Under the pieces are notes generated by a model that did no database searches, was not told the DNA's origin, and saw only the letters and a list, made by a program, of their open reading frames with translations. A stretch of 64,000 nucleotides of DNA. It comes from Gammaproteobacteria bacterium. GTDB lineage: Bacteria; Pseudomonadota; Gammaproteobacteria; UBA4575. Below are positions 41,262 through 51,327 of the stretch, piece by piece (the stretch's first letter is position 1; the number at the start of each line of letters is the position of its first letter). The DNA lies in assembly GCA_013001685.1 (NCBI GenBank), contig JABDMD010000005.1, positions 9,772 through 73,771 on the forward strand, given 5' to 3'. The translations under genes and the position numbers were made by a program.

Positions 41262-42542
41262 ATGCCGAAGCTTTCTCGCAATGCATTCTTCGCGATTACT
41301 GTAATTGTTTTAGTTTCTATATTCGTATCGTGGATCTACCAACATAACAATCTCCCCGATTGGTCTGCAGATGAAATTAAAATCTTACAATCTTTATCAA
41401 TAGATAAACTACCACCTCTTCCTAAAGACCACAGCAATGCATTCGCAGACAATCTAAGGGCAGCAGAATTTGGTAGACAGTTATTCTTTGATGAGCGTTT
41501 CAGTCACAATTCTAAAATTTCATGTGCGACTTGCCACGTACCCGAACTCTACTTCACAGATGGTTTAGCAACAGCCGCAGGTGCGCAAGCAGGCATTCGC
41601 AACTCCCCTACCTTAGTAGGAGTAGCCTACAGTCCATGGCAATTCTGGAATGGCCGCAGTGATAGTCAATGGTCACAAGCTTTAGCCCCACTGGAGAATA
41701 CTTTAGAACATGCAGGTTCTAGGACTCAGTTCGCACACATTATTTTTACAGATAAAAATTACCGCCAACGCTACGAAGAATTATTTGGTTCCATGCCAAA
41801 TTTATCGAACAAGAAACGCTTTCCAAAAGCCGCAGCTCCAGTAGATAACCAGGAGCTTAATAATGCCTGGCAGGCTATGCAAACCAAAGACCAAAAAGCT
41901 GTAAATGTGGTCTTTGTAAACATGGCGAAATCGATTGCTGCTTATCAAAGATTACTACAACCAGCTTCATCAAGGTTTGATAATTATGTGGATGGGATAA
42001 TCAACAATGATGCAGAAAAATTAAAATCACTTAGCAAATATGAAATTGCAGGTTTAAAATTATTTATTGGTAAAGCGCAATGTATTAATTGTCATAACGG
42101 ACCGTTATTAACTAATAATGAATTTCATAATACCGGTATCATATCTGCGGCTCGTCAACTACCTAGTTTAGGTCGTGCAACTGGACTACGTATAGTTTTA
42201 ACAGACCCATTCAATTGCCAAGGAGAATTTAGTGATGCAGATTCAAAGCAATGTAAAGAATTACGCTTTGTAAAAACGGGTGACGAATTAATTGCTGCAC
42301 ATAAAGTGCCTACATTGAGAAATGTGGCAGATACCGCGCCATATATGCATGCAGGACAATTAACTACCCTAGAAGAGGTTATTGAACATTACAATCTAGC
42401 ACCATTAGCAATGATTGGACACAATGAGATCAAACCTTTGCAGCTAAGCGGAAAAGAAAAAAAACAACTAACAAAATTCTTACATAGTTTATCTGGGCCA
42501 CTTGCAATAGATCCAAAGTGGCTAATAAATCCACATATATAG
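41262..42542 (+). CDS. Di-heme cytochrome c peroxidase (CCP/MauG family)
   Basis: Two CxxCH motifs (CATCHV, CINCHN). Confidence 0.85.
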   Translation: MPKLSRNAFFAITVIVLVSIFVSWIYQHNNLPDWSADEIKILQSLSIDKLPPLPKDHSNAFADNLRAAEFGRQLFFDERFSHNSKISCATCHVPELYFTDGLATAAGAQAGIRNSPTLVGVAYSPWQFWNGRSDSQWSQALAPLENTLEHAGSRTQFAHIIFTDKNYRQRYEELFGSMPNLSNKKRFPKAAAPVDNQELNNAWQAMQTKDQKAVNVVFVNMAKSIAAYQRLLQPASSRFDNYVDGIINNDAEKLKSLSKYEIAGLKLFIGKAQCINCHNGPLLTNNEFHNTGIISAARQLPSLGRATGLRIVLTDPFNCQGEFSDADSKQCKELRFVKTGDELIAAHKVPTLRNVADTAPYMHAGQLTTLEEVIEHYNLAPLAMIGHNEIKPLQLSGKEKKQLTKFLHSLSGPLAIDPKWLINPHI

Positions 42543-42673
42543 CAAAGTATTATCCAATCTATTTCTAAAGAAATAGAAATGCAGAGAATACAATCTATCC
42601 TGTTAAGGATATAACTAATTCGCAAGATTCTTAATATTAAAAACCGCTATACTTCCCATTCAACTTTGGAGTT

Positions 42674-43576
42674 TTGATTTTGAATGCAACCATTTCAGCG
42701 GCTCGCACCCAAGCAAGTGATTTATTTGAGATAAGCAAACCACGCATTGCTTTATTAGTCTTGCTTACTACTTTTACCGGCATGTGGTTAGCTGGTGGTG
42801 GTTATGTGCCATTAGATTTAGTTATTTATACACTCATTGGCACAGGTTTAGCCTCTGCCTCAAGTGGCGCGTTAAACAATTACGTAGATCGTGAGGTTGA
42901 TAAACTCATGGCACGTACACGTAACCGTGCGTTACCAACGTCAAGGTTACATCCACAACAAGCTCTATGGCTTGGTGGCCTATTAAGTATTTCTTCATTC
43001 GCTATTTTATTTTATTTAGTAAACCCATTAACCGCATACTTAGCATTAGGCACTACTTTTTTCTATGTAGTGATTTATACCATCTGGTTAAAACGCACTT
43101 CACCACTGTGCACAGAAATTGGTGGCGTCGCGGGAGCATTACCACCGGTAATCGGTTGGGCGGCTGTTACCAACGATATAAGTTGGCAAGCCATGGTCAT
43201 GTTTTTAATTATGTTTATTTGGCAACCACCACACTTTTGGGCGTTGGCACTACTACGTGCTGATGAGTATCGGCGCGCCAATTTACCCATGCTACCGGTT
43301 GTTAGTGGCATGGAAGTTACCAAATTCAGAATGCTGCTATATACCATCGTGCTAATTCCAGTTAGCACTACCATGTATTGGTTTAAGCTAGCAGGCCCTA
43401 TTTACCTGATTGCAGCACTAGTATTAGGTATTATCTATTTAGTTATCACCATAGATTTTGCACGCAAGCCAATCACTCACCAAAGTACAAAACGTTTATT
43501 TGGTTATTCGATTATTTATCTATGCGGCTTATTTATTTTTATCTTCGCTGACTGTCAATGCAGTGGTGCTTTATAG
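42674..43576 (+). CDS. cyoE: Heme O synthase, copy 2 (paralogue of 34353-35252)
   Basis: Same UbiA motifs (NNYVDREVDKLMARTRNRALP). About two-thirds identical to copy 1. Confidence 0.9.
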   Translation: MILNATISAARTQASDLFEISKPRIALLVLLTTFTGMWLAGGGYVPLDLVIYTLIGTGLASASSGALNNYVDREVDKLMARTRNRALPTSRLHPQQALWLGGLLSISSFAILFYLVNPLTAYLALGTTFFYVVIYTIWLKRTSPLCTEIGGVAGALPPVIGWAAVTNDISWQAMVMFLIMFIWQPPHFWALALLRADEYRRANLPMLPVVSGMEVTKFRMLLYTIVLIPVSTTMYWFKLAGPIYLIAALVLGIIYLVITIDFARKPITHQSTKRLFGYSIIYLCGLFIFIFADCQCSGAL

Positions 43577-43589
43577 ACGAATATCATGC

Positions 43590-43937
43590 TTACTTAGTAC
43601 TACTAAGCCACTCTTGCCATAGCAGCATAGCAGGATGCTCTGCAAGAGTTTCGTGATTGAGCGTCATCAACGTTGTTCCGTAATTAAGCTCCCACACGTC
43701 AGCACCCACATAAAACGGGGTCTCGTCTAATTGCATAATACGCTTAGAAAAGCGCTCCTCTATTTTCTCAATAATAGCCAATTTGAGAACACCCTCGTGC
43801 AGAGTAATACTCTCTACTAACAACCACCCTCGAGTAGCCGTTTGCATCAAAAATGGTGTACTGGAGTTTAGTAAACCTTTTTGCGTGATTAGCATAGCAG
43901 TTTGTACGACTTGGTTATTGACTAAAGTTTTAATCAC
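43590..43937 (-). CDS. Hypothetical protein (115 aa)
   Basis: ORF with a plausible start. No family recognised. Confidence 0.35.
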   Translation of the reverse strand: MIKTLVNNQVVQTAMLITQKGLLNSSTPFLMQTATRGWLLVESITLHEGVLKLAIIEKIEERFSKRIMQLDETPFYVGADVWELNYGTTLMTLNHETLAEHPAMLLWQEWLSSTK

Positions 43938-43988
43938 CCTAGCCGATATACCTATTAAGCCTCATCATAGTGTTTACATACTATCTTT

Positions 43989-44363
43989 ATGAAAGCATTT
44001 ATATTCAGAATTATCATATTGTTCATAGTCAGTCAGAATGCGCATTCTGCGCTCACCACCATCACCTGTGATTACGATACTTTCGCATCTGTACAACAAG
44101 TAGAGCCCACTACGGAAATAATGCAGTTAACCTTTACCGTAGACACTGAAACCAGTGAAGCTAAAGTGATTCGCAAAAATGGCATAAGCGATGTTGATTT
44201 ATATCCTACAGGTGGTGGCTTTACTTTTGTAGAAGTAAACGAGCGAGGTAACGTACTTACGACTACAGTGGATATACATGGAAAATCTGCACACAGCAGA
44301 AACACAATTTTAGATAGCGAACTTATTCCTAGCCAGTTTTATGGTTCATGCGATTATAACTAA
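43989..44363 (+). CDS. Hypothetical secreted protein (124 aa)
   Basis: N-terminal signal peptide ending AHSA. Confidence 0.4.
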   Translation: MKAFIFRIIILFIVSQNAHSALTTITCDYDTFASVQQVEPTTEIMQLTFTVDTETSEAKVIRKNGISDVDLYPTGGGFTFVEVNERGNVLTTTVDIHGKSAHSRNTILDSELIPSQFYGSCDYN

Positions 44364-44383
44364 AATAATAAGTGACTAGATCA

Positions 44384-45136
44384 TTATCCTTGATCGTGTA
44401 CTTCACAAGGACTGCGTAAATAATCGGGAACATTTGGAGGACAAACACCACATGCTTCATTGCCCGGAACTGCAAAATCAATCTTTCTCGGATAAGGTAA
44501 ATCTAAGCCATTCATGATGGTAACAAACTCTTCTTTAGGAGTGTCATTACCCAACCTAGGATTACGTGCCTTCTCTTGCGCAATGCTCGTTACATGATGC
44601 CCTGCATAATCATGCGCCGGATAGACTAAAGTCTCACCAGGTAAAGAAAAGAGTTTTTCTTGGATACTGTCATAAAGTTGACTAGCATCACCGGATTGAA
44701 AATCGGTACGACCACAAGCATCAATTAATAGTGCATCACCCGTAAAAACCATCTGTTGCGGTCCTTGATTAATTAAATATGCATAATGATGATCAGTATG
44801 CCCTGGTGTAAACAATGGATGTAATTCTATTGAGCCAATACGAAAAACCTTGCCATCTTCTATTTGAAAATCTGCACAAGGTAAATTCGCTTGCTTAGGA
44901 TAAACAATTTTACAATCAGTTAATGCTTTAAGTTTAGTAGCACTAGTAAGGTGGTCGGCATGTATATGCGTATCAATTGTGTAATTGAGTTTTAAATCTA
45001 GTTGGCGAATGATCTCTAAGTCACGTTCAACTGTCTCTAATACAGGATCAATGAGTGCGACAATGCCTTGTTCTTGGCATGCAACAAGGTATGTATAAGT
45101 AGAAGAACTAGCTTCAAATAACTGGCGAAAAATCAT
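44384..45136 (-). CDS. MBL-fold metallo-hydrolase, persulfide dioxygenase (ETHE1)-like
   Basis: HIHADH motif and the overall ETHE1/PDO-like pattern (MIFRQLFEASSSTYTYLV). Confidence 0.75.
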   Translation of the reverse strand: MIFRQLFEASSSTYTYLVACQEQGIVALIDPVLETVERDLEIIRQLDLKLNYTIDTHIHADHLTSATKLKALTDCKIVYPKQANLPCADFQIEDGKVFRIGSIELHPLFTPGHTDHHYAYLINQGPQQMVFTGDALLIDACGRTDFQSGDASQLYDSIQEKLFSLPGETLVYPAHDYAGHHVTSIAQEKARNPRLGNDTPKEEFVTIMNGLDLPYPRKIDFAVPGNEACGVCPPNVPDYLRSPCEVHDQG

Positions 45137-45206
45137 AACTTCCTTTTAATTTATATTTCACTATATGCAATTATCACTGCCGACTAGAATTTAGAATTCT
45201 AAGCAT

Positions 45207-45494
45207 TTATTTATGTGCAATTTCTTTATCAGTGAAGAGATAGTCTTTTAATTCTTTATCCATAACTGGATCTTTGCGTCGTATCCATTCCAATACCATA
45301 GCAGCATGCTCTTTTTCCTCATCGCGATTATGTGCCAAGATGGCTTTCAAGTCAGCATCTTTACAAGCATCTACACGTTGGTTGTACCAATCCACAGCTT
45401 CAAGTTCCTCCATCAAAGAAGTGATGGCACGATGCATGTCGCGCGTTTCATCAGATATTTCACCTATTGGTTCATGATAACCTTCATTTGCCAT
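45207..45494 (-). CDS. Encapsulated-ferritin-like (EncFtn family) protein, short form with no obvious cargo-loading peptide
   Basis: Near-identical motif block to characterised EncFtn (HRAITSLMEELEAVDWYNQRVDA...AILAHNRDEEKEHAAMVLEWIRR). Confidence 0.65.
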   Translation of the reverse strand: MANEGYHEPIGEISDETRDMHRAITSLMEELEAVDWYNQRVDACKDADLKAILAHNRDEEKEHAAMVLEWIRRKDPVMDKELKDYLFTDKEIAHK

Positions 45495-45584
45495 ATCAAA
45501 CTCCTTACTATTAAATAATAGAACACATATCTAGCATTTAGTTTACTAGACTATAAATTATTTCTCACACATAAAGTCACAATA

Positions 45585-46961
45585 ATGAATTACGAAGTTA
45601 TCGATGCACATGTATATCCCGATGGGCAATTAGATGTTTTATCTAAAATCGAAGTAAGCCGGTTACTCGATACTAGCCAAGGCGGCTTATACACATTATT
45701 TCGTAACTCCTCACTCGCCGTATTGAATTGCGGCAACCCGCTTGATGATGGCAGAGAATTATTAGAGCGCTACAAGTCTTTTGATATCTCATTAATACAA
45801 GAAGAAAAAGGTATCAGCCTTAAATTAAACAATGCTCCAATAAGTGCATTTGTAGACAACACAATTATTAAGGGTATAGGTGAACACCTATTTTCAGTAT
45901 TACGAGATGTAATTTATGTTAATGATGAAATTTACTCTAACCCCAAACTAGATCTGAACACCTCTGAAGGGATTACTGATGCCGTATTTCATATTCTTCG
46001 CAATGCTGATGTATTACAACCCAACACCGAACCAAATTTAGTGGTTTGCTGGGGAGGCCACTCTATTAGCAGAAAAGAATATGACTATTCTAAACAAGTT
46101 GGATATCAACTAGGGCTACGTGGTTTAAATATATGCACTGGATGTGGACCGGGAGCAATGAAGGGTCCTATGAAAGGCGCAACAATTGGACATGCTAAAC
46201 AGCGTATTAAAAACTCACAATACTTAGGTCTTACAGAACCTGGAATTATTGCTGCAGAACCTCCAAACCCTATTGTTAATGATTTGGTAATTTTACCTGA
46301 CATTGAAAAACGTTTAGAAGCGTTTGTGCGTCTTGGCCATGCCATGATTGTATTTCCTGGAGGCGTTGGCACTGCAGAAGAAATATTTTATACACTAGGT
46401 GTTTTAATGCATCCAAGCAACCAGGGTATTCCTTTCCCATTAATTTTCACCGGACCAGAAAGCGCGGAAGACTATTTTATTGAAATCGATAATTTTATTT
46501 TAAGTACTTTAGGTAAAGAAGCTCAAAAGTTTTATAAAATAATTATTGCTGATTCAGATACCGTTGCCAAAGAAATTCAAAGTAATATTAGCAAAGTAAG
46601 AGAGTACCGTGAAAATAAAAATGATGCTTACTACTTTAATTGGACTCTTAATATAGATCCGATCATGCAAGTTCCATTTATACCGACCCATGAAAATATG
46701 TTGGCATTACAACTACATCAAGAGCAAGAAAAGTATCAACTTGCAGCCAATTTTCGGAATGCTCTATCTGGTATTGTCGCAGGCAATGTTAAAGAAAAAG
46801 GCATTAAAGCTGTAGAAAGCAATGGCCCATTAAAAATCAAAGGTGACGCAAAAATTCTCAAACCATTAGAGTCTTTGCTGAAATCTTTCGCGGCTATGCA
46901 GCGCATGAAAATTTCAAGTAATGGCTATACACCTTGCTATGAAATCGAATATTCAAATTGA
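45585..46961 (+). CDS. ppnN: Nucleotide 5'-monophosphate nucleosidase PpnN (YgdH, LOG family)
   Basis: 458 aa. LOG-domain motifs GCGPGAMKG and PGGVGTAEE. Confidence 0.85.
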   Translation: MNYEVIDAHVYPDGQLDVLSKIEVSRLLDTSQGGLYTLFRNSSLAVLNCGNPLDDGRELLERYKSFDISLIQEEKGISLKLNNAPISAFVDNTIIKGIGEHLFSVLRDVIYVNDEIYSNPKLDLNTSEGITDAVFHILRNADVLQPNTEPNLVVCWGGHSISRKEYDYSKQVGYQLGLRGLNICTGCGPGAMKGPMKGATIGHAKQRIKNSQYLGLTEPGIIAAEPPNPIVNDLVILPDIEKRLEAFVRLGHAMIVFPGGVGTAEEIFYTLGVLMHPSNQGIPFPLIFTGPESAEDYFIEIDNFILSTLGKEAQKFYKIIIADSDTVAKEIQSNISKVREYRENKNDAYYFNWTLNIDPIMQVPFIPTHENMLALQLHQEQEKYQLAANFRNALSGIVAGNVKEKGIKAVESNGPLKIKGDAKILKPLESLLKSFAAMQRMKISSNGYTPCYEIEYSN

Positions 46962-47467
46962 GTATTTAGCGAGTTAATAACTAATACTCTATACTTATTT
47001 CCACAAATCCCAAATTTCATGGTATGTAACACCATCCTTAGTGACGGTACGAATACCTGCATGTCGATTATGTTTCTGGACTTTCTCAATCGCGTAATTA
47101 TATGCTTTAGAGCCATCGGAACCTTCTCGCACACGGAAATGTGTCACCAAATGCCAGCCCTGGTTATTTAAAATTGCTGTATCTATCCCATTGAGAGATT
47201 CGATTTCTCCAGGGCTTTCAGATATGTAACCAACCTTTTGCTTTTCTTGAACAACAAATATATATTAAATCTATCTATTTCATATACTTAGAGTGATTTA
47301 AACTATATATATACCGTCGTATAGCTTAAGTGATTCACCGATGTTTTGTAGAAACAAAGCTACAAGTGGTTGCACCTTACAATTACTGTGCTTTCTTGTA
47401 TTATTTTAATGTCTTTTAAAAAAGCCCTCTTTAACTTAATCTGAGTGTCGGACCAGAAGCTTTTCGA

Positions 47468-48016
47468 TTAGATTTTTCCATCTAGACCCATTTGATAGTA
47501 CTTATGTGTAATCTCTTCTTGGTTCTCTAACAACCAATCAATATTGGGTTCATTGTTCATCGCCTTATGGATTGCACTCGCCATGGCTTTACGGTGAATA
47601 TCAAATAGGATCTTATGGTCTAAATCATCTGCCTTGGCAACTAATGGATTTAGCCAAACCGAAACAATAATACCTATATCGTTTGCTTTGTCTTTTGGAA
47701 TGTCACCGGCACGCACTGCATCTAAAACACCATTTGCAATTGCGCCTTGTACGGTACCCATTAAAATATTGGTATAACGCTCATCTTTAACGGTAACTTT
47801 ACTTACCATCAAAGTTGATGGACGTACTTGGATATCAGTGTTCATAATCGCAAGCACTCTTGAGTGACCTTTCACCTGGTCTCCGAGTAATGTGGCAAAG
47901 GCAGTACCTACTGGACCATCTAATTCACCAATCACAACTTCTGGTTCCGCTGCAGTTCCTGCCGGGCCGCCTGCAACTAATGATTCACCTACTCGCATTC
48001 CGATTCTTCCAGACAT
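47468..48016 (-). CDS. fae: Formaldehyde-activating enzyme (Fae family)
   Basis: 182 aa, collinear with Fae (GESLVAGG...IGELDGPVGTAF...TLMVSKVTV...DAVRAGDIP). Confidence 0.75.
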   Translation of the reverse strand: MSGRIGMRVGESLVAGGPAGTAAEPEVVIGELDGPVGTAFATLLGDQVKGHSRVLAIMNTDIQVRPSTLMVSKVTVKDERYTNILMGTVQGAIANGVLDAVRAGDIPKDKANDIGIIVSVWLNPLVAKADDLDHKILFDIHRKAMASAIHKAMNNEPNIDWLLENQEEITHKYYQMGLDGKI

Positions 48017-48063
48017 TTTTTGCTCCCTTATGATATTAAAAAAATTAGATTAGCCCGTTTGAC

Positions 48064-49884
48064 TTATGCTGCCGCACTACGGCTTGATCGCTTACGCTCA
48101 ATTTCTTTTAAGAATTTTTTACGTAGGCGTATGCTGTTAGGCGTAACCTCAACCAGCTCATCTTCTTCGATAAATTCAAGTGCTTGTTCAAGGGTATGCC
48201 GAATTGGAGTAGTTAAAGTTATGGCTTCATCAGTTCCGGATGCACGAACATTTGTGAGTTGCTTCCCTTTAATTGGGTTCACTGCTAAATCGTTATCGCG
48301 GTTATGAATCCCAATAATCATACCCTCATATACTTCAATCGCAGGGCTAATTATTAAACGTCCTCGCTCTTGTAATGCATAGAGCGAATAGCCAAGCGCC
48401 TTACCCGACACCATAGAAACTAACACCCCATTCTGACGTCTAGCAACTGGGCCAGCTTTCACCGGTCCATAATGATCAAAAATGTGCGTCATGATGCCAC
48501 CGCCTGAAGTCATGGTCATAAACTGAGAGCGAAAGCCAATCAAACCACGTGCAGGAACAATGAATTCAAGTCTAATTCTACCTTTACCGTCTGGCTCCAT
48601 ATTTTTAATTTCAGCACGTCGCTCACCCAGTTCTTCAAGCACTGAACCTTGATGATCCGTTTCACAATCAATCACCAACTGTTCATATGGTTCATGCATG
48701 ACGCCATCAATTTCTTTACGTATCACTTCAGGACGCGATACACCAAGCTCAAAACCTTCTCGTCGCATACTTTCGATTAATACACTTAAGTGCAATTCAC
48801 CACGCCCAGATACTCTAAACTTATCGGCCGTGTCACCCTCTTCCACTCGTAACGCCACGTTATGAATGAGTTCTTTTTCTAACCTTTCTCTAATATTACG
48901 ACTTGTTACATATTTACCGTCTTGTCCAGCAAAAGGTGAATCGTTCACTTGGAAAGTCATACTGATAGTAGGTTCATCAACAGATAGTGGCGGCATAGCT
49001 TCGACAGCTTCGGGAGAGCAGATGGTGTCAGAAATGTTCAAATCATCAATGCCGGTGATACAAATTATTTCACCCGCTTCTGCCTGTTCAGCATCCATGC
49101 GATCTAAACCATGGTAGGTCATTACATTTAGAATTTTGCCATTGCGAGTTTTATTATCCGCGTTGGCAATCGCAACTGGCATATTTCTCTTAATCACGCC
49201 ACGAGTGATACGACCTACGCCGATTACACCGACATAACTATTGTAATCCAATGCACTAATTTGCATTTGCAAAGGGCCGCTAATATTCACTTCTGGCGCA
49301 GGAACTTTATCGATAATTAGATCCAACATCGGCGTCATGTCTTCATGCATGTCATCCACTTCCAAGCCTGCAATGCCTTCTAATGCTGAAGTGTAGACAA
49401 TAGGAAAATCGAGTTGCTCATCCGTAGCACCTAAACGATCGAATAAATCAAAAACTTGGTCGATTACCCAATCCGGTCGCGAACCATCACGGTCTACTTT
49501 GTTTACTACTACTATTGGTTTCAAACCACGCTCAAATGCTTTTTGTGTAACGAAACGTGTTTGTGGCATTGGCCCGTCTACTGCATCCACTAACAGAAGC
49601 ACACTATCCACCATCGATAGAACACGCTCCACTTCACCACCAAAGTCTGCGTGCCCAGGTGTATCAACAATATTAATACGGTGACCTTTCCACGAAATGG
49701 CAGTATTTTTTGCGAGGATGGTAATACCTCGCTCCCGCTCCTGGTCATTGGAATCCATGATGCGTTCAGCATCCATATTTTTACGATCCAAGGTGCCAGA
49801 CTGCGCTAATAGCTTATCAACTAAGGTCGTTTTACCATGGTCAACGTGGGCAATAATTGCGATATTTCTTAATGATTCAGACAA
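48064..49884 (-). CDS. typA: Translational GTPase TypA/BipA
   Basis: 606 aa. G1-G4 motifs ([19 protein letters not shown]) and TypA C-terminal domains. Confidence 0.9.
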   Translation of the reverse strand: MSESLRNIAIIAHVDHGKTTLVDKLLAQSGTLDRKNMDAERIMDSNDQERERGITILAKNTAISWKGHRINIVDTPGHADFGGEVERVLSMVDSVLLLVDAVDGPMPQTRFVTQKAFERGLKPIVVVNKVDRDGSRPDWVIDQVFDLFDRLGATDEQLDFPIVYTSALEGIAGLEVDDMHEDMTPMLDLIIDKVPAPEVNISGPLQMQISALDYNSYVGVIGVGRITRGVIKRNMPVAIANADNKTRNGKILNVMTYHGLDRMDAEQAEAGEIICITGIDDLNISDTICSPEAVEAMPPLSVDEPTISMTFQVNDSPFAGQDGKYVTSRNIRERLEKELIHNVALRVEEGDTADKFRVSGRGELHLSVLIESMRREGFELGVSRPEVIRKEIDGVMHEPYEQLVIDCETDHQGSVLEELGERRAEIKNMEPDGKGRIRLEFIVPARGLIGFRSQFMTMTSGGGIMTHIFDHYGPVKAGPVARRQNGVLVSMVSGKALGYSLYALQERGRLIISPAIEVYEGMIIGIHNRDNDLAVNPIKGKQLTNVRASGTDEAITLTTPIRHTLEQALEFIEEDELVEVTPNSIRLRKKFLKEIERKRSSRSAAA

Positions 49885-50334
49885 AGTGAGTTCCAGTTTT
49901 ATTCAGCTAATCGTTTTGTATCGGTTCTTCATTAAACCGGGGCTGAAATATGCCCTAATCTTGATAGAAATAGTACATTTCATTCTGAGTAGAATAGAGC
50001 TTTAGCAGTACAAAACTGCCAAGAAATCGAGACATCGAACACATAATTGCCAATATCATTAGATTTTCTACTCACCTAATAGTATATGTATACGAATATA
50101 TACTGTGGCCCGAAAGCGCAACCAAGCTTATGCCTACCCAAAGTTAGAGCATAACTTTGCGATAAGTAGGCTTCATTAGATCGATATTGAGTTTATATAT
50201 ATTGATAAACCTTACCAGCAAATTTGTAGTCAGCCCATTAATCAAAAAGCAATGCTTTAGCACATAAGCTATAGGATGATTTTTAATGCTGAAATGCTGA
50301 ATTGAAAAATGTCTAAATATAAATTGAAATCAAT

Positions 50335-51231
50335 TTATACAGTATTGCTCTCTTGACTAAGGCGTGTAATTGATTCAATTACATCATTTGCATTACTAAT
50401 ACGATCTTTTGGCCGCTTAGCTAACATCCTCTCAATTAATGGCTGTATGTGCCTATATTCATATGGAAGCTGAGGTATCGGATCTCGCACATGTGCGAAT
50501 AATACAGAAACAACATCTTTTCTTGTATAAGGCGCTGTACCACTATCAAAAGGAGGTTTACCTGTAAGCATTTCAAAAAATACGATACCGAGAGAATAAA
50601 TATCAGAGCTAGGTCCAATAGGACTTGAACGGATGAGGTCTGGACTCATATAACGTGGTGTACCTTGACTAGACTTACTTGTAATTTCGGTGCGATGTTC
50701 AAGTTCATCTGCAATTCCAAAATCAGAAAGTACTGCAGAATTTTCATCTCTAAATAAAATATTTTCGGGCTTGATGTCGCGGTGAACAAATCCATGTTCA
50801 TGTGAGAAAGCCAGTGCTGATGATATCTGTTTCATAACATCATAAACCCAATCTAATTCCAGTTTGTTTTTTAGATGTCTGCGCAGGTTTCCCCAAGGCA
50901 TATATTCCATTGAAATATAGTGGTAGTCATCTACCACCCCTACATCATGAATGGGAACAATATTAGGATGCGAAAGGTTAGCATTAATACGACCTTCTTG
51001 TATAAAATGGCTTATACGTTCCTCGTCATCTAATATTGACGCATGCGTAATCTTTAACGCGATTTGGCGATATAACGATTTTTGAATTGCAACGTATACT
51101 TTCGCGGTTGCACCACTCCCGCAAAAGCCAACAACTTCATAGCCAGGTATATCTAAGCTAAATGAATGTTCTGAAATTGCCTGAGCCGCTTCTACATTTA
51201 GATCAAACGTTAAATCTTGCACGTGTGTCAC
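50335..51231 (-). CDS. Hanks-type serine/threonine protein kinase (cytoplasmic, kinase domain only)
   Basis: ATP-binding loop GSGATAKVY...ALK, catalytic loop HRDIKPENILF, DFG, and a P+1 loop GTPRYMSPD. Confidence 0.8.
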   Translation of the reverse strand: MTHVQDLTFDLNVEAAQAISEHSFSLDIPGYEVVGFCGSGATAKVYVAIQKSLYRQIALKITHASILDDEERISHFIQEGRINANLSHPNIVPIHDVGVVDDYHYISMEYMPWGNLRRHLKNKLELDWVYDVMKQISSALAFSHEHGFVHRDIKPENILFRDENSAVLSDFGIADELEHRTEITSKSSQGTPRYMSPDLIRSSPIGPSSDIYSLGIVFFEMLTGKPPFDSGTAPYTRKDVVSVLFAHVRDPIPQLPYEYRHIQPLIERMLAKRPKDRISNANDVIESITRLSQESNTV

Positions 51232-51327
51232 TTGATTATCGTCAATTTATGGTCTCAGCTTAACAATATACATGCATCATTTGTAGTGCTATTAGTATAA
51301 AAACCAGACATTAAATTGACTTAATCA

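Noticed and set aside
44384-45136. Encapsulin shell gene downstream of the EncFtn-like gene
   Set aside because: The protein has a clear HxHxDH metallo-beta-lactamase motif and an ETHE1-like sequence, not an HK97-fold encapsulin.
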